NCBI GenBank assembly: GCA_021613535.1
Contig: CP075497.1
Location: 2,108,001-2,172,000, forward strand
DNA: 64,000 nucleotides
DNA from: Adineta vaga
Lineage: Eukaryota > Animalia > Rotifera
Reading direction: 5' to 3'
The translations under genes and the position numbers were made by a program. The notes below the pieces were generated by a model, which saw only the letters and a program-made list of their open reading frames with translations, did not search any database and was not told the DNA's origin. Each line of letters begins with the position of its first letter. Position 1 is the stretch's first letter. Shown piece by piece: positions 12,284-23,481 of this stretch.

Positions 12284-13218
12284 ATGGTAAACAAAGCAGA
12301 AAAGGACACGTTTATGACTGAAAACAAGAAAAAATCATCTTTAGCTTCACATGGATGTTATTGGAAATGGTGGAATCAAAAATTTCGTTCTCAAAAACTT
12401 ATTTCTCATCTTATCGAATCATTTTATTTTCATGCTTTGGTCATTTTCTTAGTTATCGTTGATACAGCATTAGTTATCACAGAGATCATCTTAGATTCGC
12501 TTAAATATCAATATGAATGTCAAATTCATATTCACCATGTATCGAACCATCGAAATGAATTAATGAAAGAACGTCTCGAATTGGCTATGGAAATCGCACA
12601 TTTTGCATCGATTGCTATTCTCAGTTTTTTCGTCATTGAATTAACCATACGAATATTTGCTCGAGGTAGAGAATTTTGGAATATTCGAAGACGAAAAATG
12701 GAATATTTCGATGCAATTATTGTTATCACTTCATTAATTATTGATTTATGGTCGTTACGTGGTGAAAATAAACTTCTCGGTGAACAATTAATTTTTGTAT
12801 TGGCATTTCGTTTATGGCGTTTTATTCGAATTATTAGTAGTAAGTAAATATATCTTGAAATTCGGATTGAATAAATTGATTTGTCTTAGGTGTAACTGAA
12901 GCTACTCTTCATAGACAACGAAAACATAAGGAACGTTTAAATCATCAATATCTTCTTGTTATTCGTCGATTGATTGAACTACTTGTTCATAAAACAACTC
13001 ATACTGAAAATTATGATACTGATAATCTCGATTCTTTACTCGAACATTTTCGAATGATTGACGAACAATGTCAGTCATCCTTTGAAGCATTGGATCAAAA
13101 TCAAGAATTAACTTGCTCAAGTATTATTACACAATTTTTAGAAGAAATCAATGGACTTGAACAAAAGAATAAGTCTTCTGTTATTTCAGCGATGTTTGCA
13201 AAATCATCTGAAGTTTAA
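12284..13218 (+). CDS. HVCN1: Voltage-gated proton channel Hv1-like, copy 3; exons 12284-12839, 12890-13218 (294 aa)
   Basis: S1 FLVIVDTALVITEIILD, S4 FRLWRFIRIISS; same intron position (50 nt); start chosen by alignment to copies 1 and 2. Confidence 0.88.
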
Positions 13219-13418
13219 TTTTTATGTAGACTTTTTCATCCTTTTAACCTGTGAATGTGTTAGAAAAGAGAAAATAATCTATTTTTTGAATGATTTTATT
13301 CGGCCTACTTGACTTTATTATTACTAATCTCACACATTATCAATCTATTCTAGGGACAATTAGTACTATTCACTAAAATTCATACTCTTGTCTTTCTATT
13401 ATTCAGAGAAAATACCGA

Positions 13419-14208
13419 TCATTGATCGGCTTCAACAAATGTTCGTAGAGTGAACAACAAATCCTGTGTGTTGTCAAACATAATTACAAGTTTTTTTACA
13501 TTCAATTTGATTTGTGTTCCTTTAAAACAGCAATTCGTTATATTAAATTGTTCACCAGTAAATGCTAATTTCATGACGCCACATTGATTCTCCTTTGATG
13601 AATAAATGACGATAGTTTCTGTGACATCCACTGTTGTTCGCTCTTCACTGATTTCTTCTTTAAAAAGTGATGATAATAGGTTTTTTAGTACTGTTCTGTT
13701 CACATGTCCATTCTGTGTGGCGGCACAAAATTCAATAATATTATTAATATGTTTAAAGAGATCATCAGGTTTCCAGATTTTTTTTCGAACGTTCCCTCAC
13801 GAGAATCAAAGTAACCCTTTAGTTTGCCACTTTGCAAATTTTCGACATGAGCACCAATTGATCGAAGGGTAGAGTAGACCTCAGAATCCGATAGTTGTTC
13901 ATTAGCCACATTGAGAGTACAACTATCATCGATATTCAGTATATATGCAATGGTAGGACGTGCAAAGAGACGAATAATCGCCCTTAGACGCCACGATAAA
14001 CGATTAGATGTTTGTGTAGTGTCCGATGCCATGACACAAAGATTACCTTCTAGAAAGAATGCAGATTCTTCATTCTTTCTATCAAAGGACGATATGTCGA
14101 TCTGATCTTCTAGTAATGAAGACAACTCCTTTTCTTTGTAATTATAAGCAAAGATCTATTCCATACTTAAGTTCAGTCAATTCAATAGTACAAAATCATA
14201 CCTGACAT
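13419..14208 (-). pseudogene. Frameshifted gene of unknown family (about 250 codons if repaired)
   Basis: ORFs 13700-14125 and 13419-13703 join into one frame (…TFEKKIWKPDDLFKHINNIIEFCAATQNGHVNRTVLKN…) if one base is added to the T8 run at 13778-13785; a candidate first exon ATG TCA G at 14208-14202 with a 46-nt intron leads into a further stop and shift. Confidence 0.45.
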
Positions 14209-15233
14209 ACTATGCTATCGAATAAATTCTATTTTATACAGTTACAATATGCATTTATAATTCTAAAATCTGATTAATCAAATTCTCTTTGGCGCACTCT
14301 CTGATAATATTCAACCATATGAGGATAAAATCCTCTTATTATAAATACGTCTGAGTAAAAGTCATCAAGAATATGCTAGTTTTCTATCGTTATTCGTTTT
14401 ATTGATTTTCTATTTATATGTTATAAGGAAAAGTCGATATAAATACTGCATGAATCATCATGAATTTTGACAGAATATTTTATCGGGAAACGGCATCTGT
14501 CAATTTTCATGATCTATACTTTAAGTACATTTTACCCGAGAAAAGTATAATTGAATAAGATTGGATAGATGTCGCTTTAGTATAATAAAATACATATTTT
14601 TTAAAAATGAAAATTTTTAATAAAACTAAATTTTGTTTATTAAATAAATTAAAAAAAATTAAACCAATTTTTTCTTGAATTATTTTATTACATAGACAAT
14701 CTTTGTTACAACTGGTTAATTTTTCTTAAATAAGAAAAAAATTATTTGTTTTGTTCTTATTTTTTATTTTCGTTGATATTCAAATAAAAAGATTATTTCT
14801 CATTAAAACCAATTTTCATTGGTTAGCATAAAATACCGAGCTAAATGTCCGAACATGCGAACGTTCGTTCGATATTCTCGACAACAATCCTCGTAGAAAC
14901 AAATAAACAACAGAAGAGAAAGAAAGAAAGTCTTCGTCGAGAGAGAAAAAAAAAACAAATCCTCCTATACTACTTTTTAAGTCGAAAAGAATGAACCAAT
15001 GATTTAAAACAGAAAAAAATCCGTAATATCTCCGTTGTATTTCTTCATCGTATATTTAATCATATTAAACTGCGCAATTAATTTTTAAAAATCATATTTG
15101 TAGATGATGATTGTTAGGCAGTATAAATTCATTCGAATCATTATGTAGTTCCAATATACAATTATAGTTCAAGTATTAATAAAATCTCTAGAACACTTTG
15201 TATCTTCTCTTTATTGTTTAATCGTGTTTTATA

Positions 15234-18200
15234 ATGGCCGTAAGTTATTTATTTGAAATCTTTTTCTATGAAATGAAATTTGAAATTCATAGGATTTTGT
15301 TTTTGGTGATTTTTCTGAACAAGAAACCGAAAAACTCTTTGGTCATGATAAACAATCTGTGAAAGTAAATGAACCTGAGGTAAATATTTTCAAACAAATA
15401 GTTTTTTTACTTTAAATTCTTTCTTTGAATTGTAGTTTCCATGGGCCGCTGAAGATTGTATGACATCAGCAATTGAATTTGGTTTCGATGTTCCACCTGT
15501 TATTTCTCCAACAGGTGGTACTGGTGTTTCATATCCAAATTATAATTCTTGTAATGGAAGTTCATCTCATCAAGAATCAACGAGTTCAGCATTAACATCT
15601 CCACCATATTCATCGAAAAGTTCTTCTGTAGAAAACTTAAAAATAACGAAACAATCATCATCACATAATCGTCATCATAGCGATAGAAAATTAAAGAAAA
15701 AACGTCCACCAAATTATTATCGACAGGAATATCAACAAATGCTTGAACCAGCAACACTTCAACAGCAACAGCAACAGCAACAACAACAACAACAACAACT
15801 CAATGGACAAACTGACGAAACAACACCAATTCAAATGCGTTCAAATGAACAAACACCACAAATAGAACAAAATTCGAATGAATCAAATGTATTATTATTA
15901 TCATCCAATGATGCAAGATACATCTCATGTGATCAATGGGTTCATTCAACGATGAAACATCAACAAATGGTGACAAATGATGATGATCAATCTTCATCGA
16001 AACAATCAATTAATGATGATGATGATGATGAAATTGATTCCGATGGTAAGAGAGAGGAAGTATATATATATATGTATATTTATTGACTCTTTGATTTGCT
16101 TGGTTTTTAGTCACTGGAACAACAACAGATACCGATAATGATAATGATTTACTTCAAAGTACATCAACAACTCGTCCAAGTTATCCCGTTAATATAATCC
16201 CATCTGATCAAAACTTAGAAAACAAATCAAATTATAATTCTAATCAACATTTATTAAATCCATCCAATCAATTAACAAATGATTTAAATATCTATTCAAC
16301 ATCTGTTGCAAGTGGAGCTTCAATTGAAACATTAAAGCCTTCAAATAATCTTTCATCACCATCAACATCACCTGTTAAACAAAATGATCTATCAAAATCG
16401 AAACCTTCTTCATGGGCAGATCTATTTCGTAGTCAGACATCAGCAACTATTCAATCATCTCTTCCACCTCAAACAACTAGTCCAGTCAAAAAATCACAAA
16501 TCTCATCATCTACAACTCAATCAATATCAATTCCAACTCAACAACAAAACGGAAATCTTCCAACAAAATCAACGAATAATAATTTCTATTCCAAATCCAA
16601 TTATCATGTTTACAATAGCAATGGAGGAGAATCGAAATCTTTAGAAGATTATTTTTCCAAATGTGAAGTACGTCCATCAGCAATGGCAATAAAACCACGT
16701 GGTTTATTCAATAAAAATAATTATTGTTATATTAATGCAACACTTCAAGCTCTTCTTGCTTGTCCTTCTTTCTTCAATGTCATGAAATATATCCCAATTA
16801 ATGAAGATCCAATTGATCATCAAGTTCCATGTATTAAAGCTGTTCATTCATTTGTTAATCAATTTGAAAAGATGGATCGAAGTAAATCAAATGCTGCCAA
16901 TCATAAAGATATTATTTGTGGTCAACCATTTGATCCGATTGATATTCTACAAGAAATTGCTCGTCTTCGTCATGTATCAGTTGATATTGTTAAAACAAAA
17001 CAAGAAGATGCACATGAACTATTATGTCAATTATTGAGTGAACTTCATGATGAAATTTGTTCAATTTTATACAGTAAATCAGGTATAGAGGAATCTATCA
17101 GTACATCAACTGCTGCAACTACAACCACCACAGGAACAATGCACAATGGAGAAGAAAAAGCTGAAGATTGGCTTCAAGTTGGAAAAAAAAATAAAACACA
17201 TGTTCTTCGAACGGTAAATAAGAAATAAATTCATGAATTTCATAATCGTAATAATGCATTTTTAGAATGAAATTCGAAAAAGTCTTATTGTCGACATATT
17301 TGCTGGTAAATTTCGTTCAACAGTACATTCAGCTGGAAATCAAAAATCAGTGATACATGAACCATTTTTTACTCTTTCACTCGATATTAAAGTAAGATAA
17401 CTATTTTCAATATTCACGTTGTACAATGGAAACAAACTTATCTGAGATAAATAAGAAGAAAATAATAACATGCTCTTGATAGAGAATGTCAGCACTGTAT
17501 GTGACCAATTTTTGTTATCAGTACGTGATTGTCGATCGAGAAAGAACAGTAAATGATTTCCTTTTGTTTGTATAAATATTGGAATAGAATGACATTTAGG
17601 TTATCTATTTGATCTCTTGTTATATGAATGGATTTATTTGTAGGATCCCAAAATAACCTCATTGGATGAAGCTCTTCTACGTTTCTGTGAACAATCAACA
17701 CTTTCCGATTATATTGATAGTAAAACTCGTCAAAATGTATGTTATTAATCATTTGAAAAAGTCGAAAACGAATCCAATTTTTATGTATTTGCAGGTCCAC
17801 ACTAATAAAACTATGTTAATCGAACAATTACCACCAATTCTCATTATACATATGAAATGTTTTCTCTACGATGAATCGGATGGAACAAAGAAAATCAATA
17901 AATCTATAAACTATACAGTCAATTTAACATTACCAAAAAGTAAAAAAATTTATTCTTTTCCAAAATCAAATATCATTATTTTTCTTCTCTTCAAGATATC
18001 TTAACCGAACAAGCCAGAAAACATTCATTTGATCGATATAAATTATTTGCTGTTGAATATCATCAAGGTGAACGTGCAACAGATGGACATTATATAACCG
18101 ATGTTTTTCATCCTGGTCTTCAAGGATGGATTCGATATAATGATGACAATGTTCATGTTATTCCCTCAAGTCAAGTGATGAATTCTTCCGCAGATAAACT

Positions 18201-18237
18201 CACGCCTTATCTACTTTTTTACCGTCGTGGTGAATAA
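15234..18237 (+). CDS. USP10: Ubiquitin carboxyl-terminal hydrolase 10, multi-exon
   Basis: Spliced N-terminus MA|DFVFGDFSEQE (G3BP-binding FGDF), IEFG, KKKRPPNYY and SWADLF motifs typical of USP10; Cys box KPRGLFNKNNYCYINATLQALLAC, QEDAHE, His box YHQGERATDGHYITDVF…WIRYNDD…TPYLLFYRRGE*. Confidence 0.93.
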
Positions 18238-18830
18238 AACTACTGATTTTCGTTTTCGAACAAAGAACAACTTTCTTCTCTTGTTTCATTGTCGCGCAAT
18301 AGCTTTGATTTCTTTTTCTCATTTGTTTTCTTTTTCTCATCCGAGTGTAATCTCTCTTTGTCTATCTCTATCTGTCTGCTCAACCCAGCTGTTTCTTTTT
18401 TTTTTTGTGTTTTGGTTTTCTTCTAACCGGTGTAGTTTAACGGGCAAACATTTTTTTTGTCTTGTTTCTTCTATTCAAAGAAAATCTTGTTCTTCTTGAG
18501 GATTGTGGTGATGGTCTTTTGTCTTTTATTCTTTGTTGTTTTTTTGTCACGTACAACACATCCGGTTAACTAACTTTGACTGGTATTATGCGTATTAAAC
18601 CGCACCTTGTTTGTAATGACAATTGATTGTTTTCTATTCTTAGTCTTCTTCACGCAAACATAGAAACCTTTCACGTTTTCTCTTTCTCTTTTTTTTGTGC
18701 TCGTTTTTGTTTAGCATTTCTGTTTCATTTTCGTTTTTCCTTTTCTGTGTGTTTTCTTGTTTCTTCTTTCGTCTGGCGCGCATTTTTTTGCTCTACATGT
18801 CTGTTCTTTGTTTATTATTGGCTTTTTCAG

Positions 18831-18851
18831 CACACACACACACACACACAC
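18831..18851. repeat. (CA)n microsatellite downstream of USP10
   Basis: Ten consecutive CA units seen directly. Confidence 0.9.
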
Positions 18852-19347
18852 TTACATTCATACATATTATCTTAAACTTTTTTTTTGTTCGTCACTTTGC
18901 GTACAGACACATCTTCTGATAATAAGTGCCCATAATAAACAAAAAACGATGGCGGTGTAGTTTTTGACGATATTATAAACACTGTCTGCAGACTGATGCC
19001 GCACACCAGAAAGATGGAGGTGACTTTCACTTTGCATAATACCTGGTTCTCTCTCTTCTATTATAGAACAAGAAAGCTATTCACTGTAGCACGTCATTTA
19101 TCTAAGTGGCAAAGTCAGAAAGACTTCTTGTAAAAATAATTCAAACCACCATCTCCTTTCTGAAAACTTATGGGATGATGATTTATGAAACAAAAAACAG
19201 AGTAATCAAAATCTATGTTGAATGTTTAATATGAATAAACATATGATTCCATACGATATCAACTAATCATTGATAAAATCTTATATAAAATCAATAATCT
19301 TTTTTTCAACTGAAATAATTAATCTGACCTTTGTTCTAGATCGTACA

Positions 19348-19608
19348 ATGCCTTCCTCGTTAATGGTTGCTCGTTGGTACACAAAAATTAAAGTATCACC
19401 ATTGTCCAATACACTTGTTCAACAAAACAAAGAAATATGTTTCCCAAATAGACAACGACATCATCGAGGAACTTGTAAAAATCATTTTAATTTCTATCTT
19501 TAAATAATGTCATTGTCTCGTTTTTTTGTAGTACCTACGGCATTGATTACAACTCTCTTATTATTTATGATAAAATTACCATCTTATGTTGAACGATATT
19601 CTCGTTAA
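19348..19608 (+). CDS. Possible small two-exon protein (67 aa) with one hydrophobic segment, or a gene fragment
   Basis: ATG 19348; a 57-nt GT-AG intron (19475-19531, typical size here) joins MPSSLMVARW…HHRGT to LPTALITTLLLFMIKLPSYVERYSR*. No family recognised. Confidence 0.25.
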
Positions 19609-20582
19609 GTATTAATATTAATGCGATGTTGAATTGAAAAATCACGGAGCAATCAATTTGGTTTTTTTTTCGCTAAATTTATCTAATAACATTTTTTTTA
19701 CTTACAAATAAAGAATGGAATGGAATTCGACAAAACAAAGTTTGTTAATTTTGTATCCAAAACTTTTACTTATTGTACATTCAAAATGTTTGGTAATAAA
19801 TACTAATCACTATCATGAATCTATTTTTATGAACATATTTTTTCTATGAAGAGTTTATTCATTGCAAATTAAGAAGTAACTTAAGTCATTCATGATAATT
19901 TCTTCTATTAAAATAATCTAGTTGAATAATTCAGCATACAATTTATTTGATGTGAAAACTGTATTAGAAACATCATCGTAATTCCATTTTCGACGAAATC
20001 AAGTTCTTTATTTAAATTGTACTATTGAATTCGAATTCAATCATTTATATAGCAAAAAAGCGAAACGAACAATTTACTGTAACTTATCGAAAATGTTATT
20101 CATCAACTGACTTCAGGAATCGCTAGAATAGAAAATACTCCACCAGAAGAATAGTGCACTTCAGTAAAACCACATAAAAACATCACAGGATCGAAACCAA
20201 ACCCAATTGACTGGCAATATTACGTCTGAATATAAAAGTCGTCTATACACACATTCTATCTCTTTATTATAACATTGCCCAATCAACAAAATATAATAAA
20301 TTTCTTCATAAAATATAGATTTCGCATAATACAACTAAACCGCTGGATACCTATAGAAATTGCGCAGAAACAAAAATTGACCATGTATAAGTAGTTTAAA
20401 ACACATACAAAGTCATTGAATGAATTGATCAATAGTATAGAATGGAAAACACAACCATAAATTATTTTCATTTATACTTCTTTGTTTCGGTTAAGTTTAT
20501 CCACGTGTGTAAACAGATTTTCTGAATGAATATTTTATTTATTTATTCGACAAAAATACACACGTTCTCATACACATCAATT

Positions 20583-21578
20583 TTAGAGTTCGATCAAATC
20601 AAAGAACGAGAGAAGATACAATAAGACCAAGATTTGTAACATTGTTATGCAAGTCAGAGTTGATGATTTTGATTTAGTAGTTGTAGTAACTGTAGTACTT
20701 ACATTTGTACTGGCTGTAGTATTCGTGCTTGTACTATCACTAACAGTTGAATCCACTTTTACTGTAACTGTTCCTATTAAACCGGCACTAATACCTTGTT
20801 CTTGATTAACGTATGATAATTGAACTAAAGAATTAACACCATCTTGTTGTGTATAAACACGATCAACACTATTGAGAGTACGTGTAGCTGTATTGGAACT
20901 ATAAGGTGTAACAGCTTGAACTAATGCGGTATAGCTATCATTGAAAAAGATTTGTCCAGTGTGGGATGTATGTCCACCCCAATAGTATATTGAACTATCA
21001 GATGTTTGTGTACCGCCAAATCGAACTTTAACATGAATATGTGTTGCACGTCCACTATAATATCCAGGATAAATTCCATTGAATACAACTTGGCCATTTG
21101 AATTTGTTATTTGTATACCTCGAAGATACGTCGTTGTACTTACAGTACTCGTTTCAAAATGAGAATACACACCAGCTGCATTACAATACCACAAATCAAC
21201 AGCAGCATTGATAATAGCTGAACAGTTATCTGTATCGATTACATAAACGATTAATGTGAATGGTATACCATTTTGTAATTCACTAAAACGAGAAGATTTT
21301 TTCAAATCAACATATATAAATATCTTGTTTAATACTCACGTTAAGTTTTGTCGTACCAAAGATCCATTATAATAGTAAGGTCCTTCTTCGATTTCTGGTG
21401 TCAAGGTACACCCTGATACTACTGCTCGTTTCTTGAGCAATGAATGTTGTTTGGTGCTACCTAAATCAGATAGATTTATTTTTTCTTTGCAATACTACCA
21501 TAGTTTTAACTCACTTGAAATCGTTATAAATATTGAAAGCAGCATGAGAGCAGTTGTAACGCTATTGAAAAAGTACAT
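20583..21578 (-). CDS. Intradiol ring-cleavage dioxygenase-like protein, secreted, probable GPI anchor; exons 21578-21515, 21460-21340, 21282-20583
   Basis: Signal peptide MYFFNSVTTALMLLSIFITISS; CTLTPEIEEGPYY, VDLWYCNAAGVYS, YLRGIQ, IYPGYYSGRATHIHVKV, HTGQIFF motifs (2 Tyr + 2 His iron ligand positions present); Ser/Thr stalk then hydrophobic C-terminal tail; introns of 54 and 57 nt. Confidence 0.88.
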
Positions 21579-23072
21579 AACTTCTGTTTAAGCTGTTATA
21601 CTTTGATCTGGTGAAGAAAGGTAATATGAATGAATCGTTAAATGTTTACTGTCATATATATATATATATCGCATGTGCGCATAATGAATTGAGTAATTAT
21701 TGTCGCTAGACTGTTCATAGTACTTTTTGCAGTAGAAAAAAAAGGATGTACTTTTCTTGTAAAAAGTGCATCGACACGGTAGGGTGAGAAGAGGCATATA
21801 TTCTCTTTTCTATCTTTCTTTTCAAGCTGTGAACATCAGAAAAATACACAAAATTAATATGATGGAGTAAATCATGGATACTTTTTTTCCTTTTATTCTT
21901 TTGCACATTATGTATGTTTTGCGTTCTTTTTTTTGACTCTCGATGTACTATTCCACAAAAATAATATCATGCAATGAGTCATTTGTAATGAAAAGAGGTA
22001 TACTGCCCGATTAAGTTTAAAATAGAAATAATTCGTGTACGAAGTATTTACCAAGAATGAACTTGATGAATATTACAAATTTAATAATGTATATACAATG
22101 AGCAATAGTTTCAATTCATCATATTCTCAAGAACGTTTCAAGTTGTTTACATGCTCAATGGAACTTATAGTTATTGTGAGAAATACATATGAAAAGATTA
22201 GTTAATATAATTATACATTCCTTTTAGGAATCTTTCAGGAGATATTATCATAAGTGTTTTGGATTACAGAAATACTACATTTTATCGATAAAACGTAATG
22301 AAATAGTTTTTATTTAGCAAAAGAAACTTCTCTCATTTCCATTTTGATTTAAAAACAATTTTGTATCTCCGAATCTTGCACAATGTAAAAGACTTTGTTT
22401 TATTCTTAACGTTTTAACAAAAACCCCATCTACAGGAAGCAAACATAATATAATAGTCTTTTGAACCAAAAAGTTATCTTCTGGTAATTATCATTAAGCG
22501 AGATTGACACCGTTATCTTGTGATGCTTCTTTTGTAAAATTTTCTATGAAAATTGTTCATTTGTTCTATACGGTAGTGAATTTCGGTTAGACGAGGTAAT
22601 TATGATCTGATTGTATTGAAAAATTGTTCAACGTATTTCATACTTGTTAATACAATGTCAAATGAAATGAGCGGATATCGTCAAAGAATGTCTCTACAAA
22701 ATATGACTGTCTAAATAAATTTAGAAATATAGAAGTTGCTGATAACTGGATGAAAACAGAATTCATTTCGGGCGACTAGCGAGTCAACAAGAGAAGATAT
22801 GTTCCTTCTTGTTTAATTAGATCGCTATCGGTATTTTTGTCACTCCTTGTCTGATTTTATGACTTGATAATTGTGTTACTTGTTTGTAATATTTTTTGTC
22901 TCTCGTTCAGATCTAGGAGATGAGTATATATATATATATATATATCTTTGAGAAACATTTTATATTAGATCATTCTTCTTCTTCTACTAAGTCATGTAAT
23001 TACCATCGAATCCCTTCGATGTACGATTAATTGTGATTTCGTCTATATATTTACCACTGAATATGACATACA

Positions 23073-23449
23073 ATGGTCTATTTGAATTCTTTCTGAAGTT
23101 ATAAAAGAAGAAAAAGATTTCATTTCCGACTGAATATCTTTGGGTCTACGGTTATAAAGGTATACGAGTCTAAGTGTCTAAGGCCGTATACATTTTTATC
23201 ATTAATCATCAATTAAAGTGACTCAGTGAATATAGTACTAGAATTATGTCTGGTCAGGGTCAAATGAAATTATTTGAATCATGAAAAATAATTTGGGCAT
23301 TGGTGAGTAGCACCACTTTGGTATATAAGAGGGACTGTCATTTACTAAATAAAATCAGTTGTTAGCTTTAGACCCGTATACCCAGGGTTCTGTGAAAAAG
23401 ATCATGGTCTCTTGTGATTTTGAATTCAGAAAGAATTCAAAAAGACCAT
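23073..23449. mobile_element. MITE-like non-autonomous element with nested imperfect inverted repeats (true ends may lie slightly outside)
   Basis: atggtctatttgaattctttctgaa (23073-23097) is the reverse complement of 23425-23449 with one mismatch; inner pair ggtatacgagtctaag (23159-23174) versus tttagacccgtatacc (23367-23382); no coding capacity. Confidence 0.65.
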
Positions 23450-23481
23450 AGAGTCAAATATGAGCTATCGAAAATAATAAC

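Noticed and set aside
10143-12729. Antisense ORFs over the Hv1 copies
   Set aside because: Shadow frames of the duplicated coding sequence; no independent signal.
9895-13218. Alternative call as fragments of a Nav/Cav channel or voltage-sensing phosphatase
   Set aside because: Each gene stops about 110 aa after S4 with no pore or phosphatase domain, and has the S1 Asp plus RxWRxxR Hv signature.
18227-18960. Several Phe-rich ORFs after USP10
   Set aside because: T-rich 3' UTR plus CA microsatellite.
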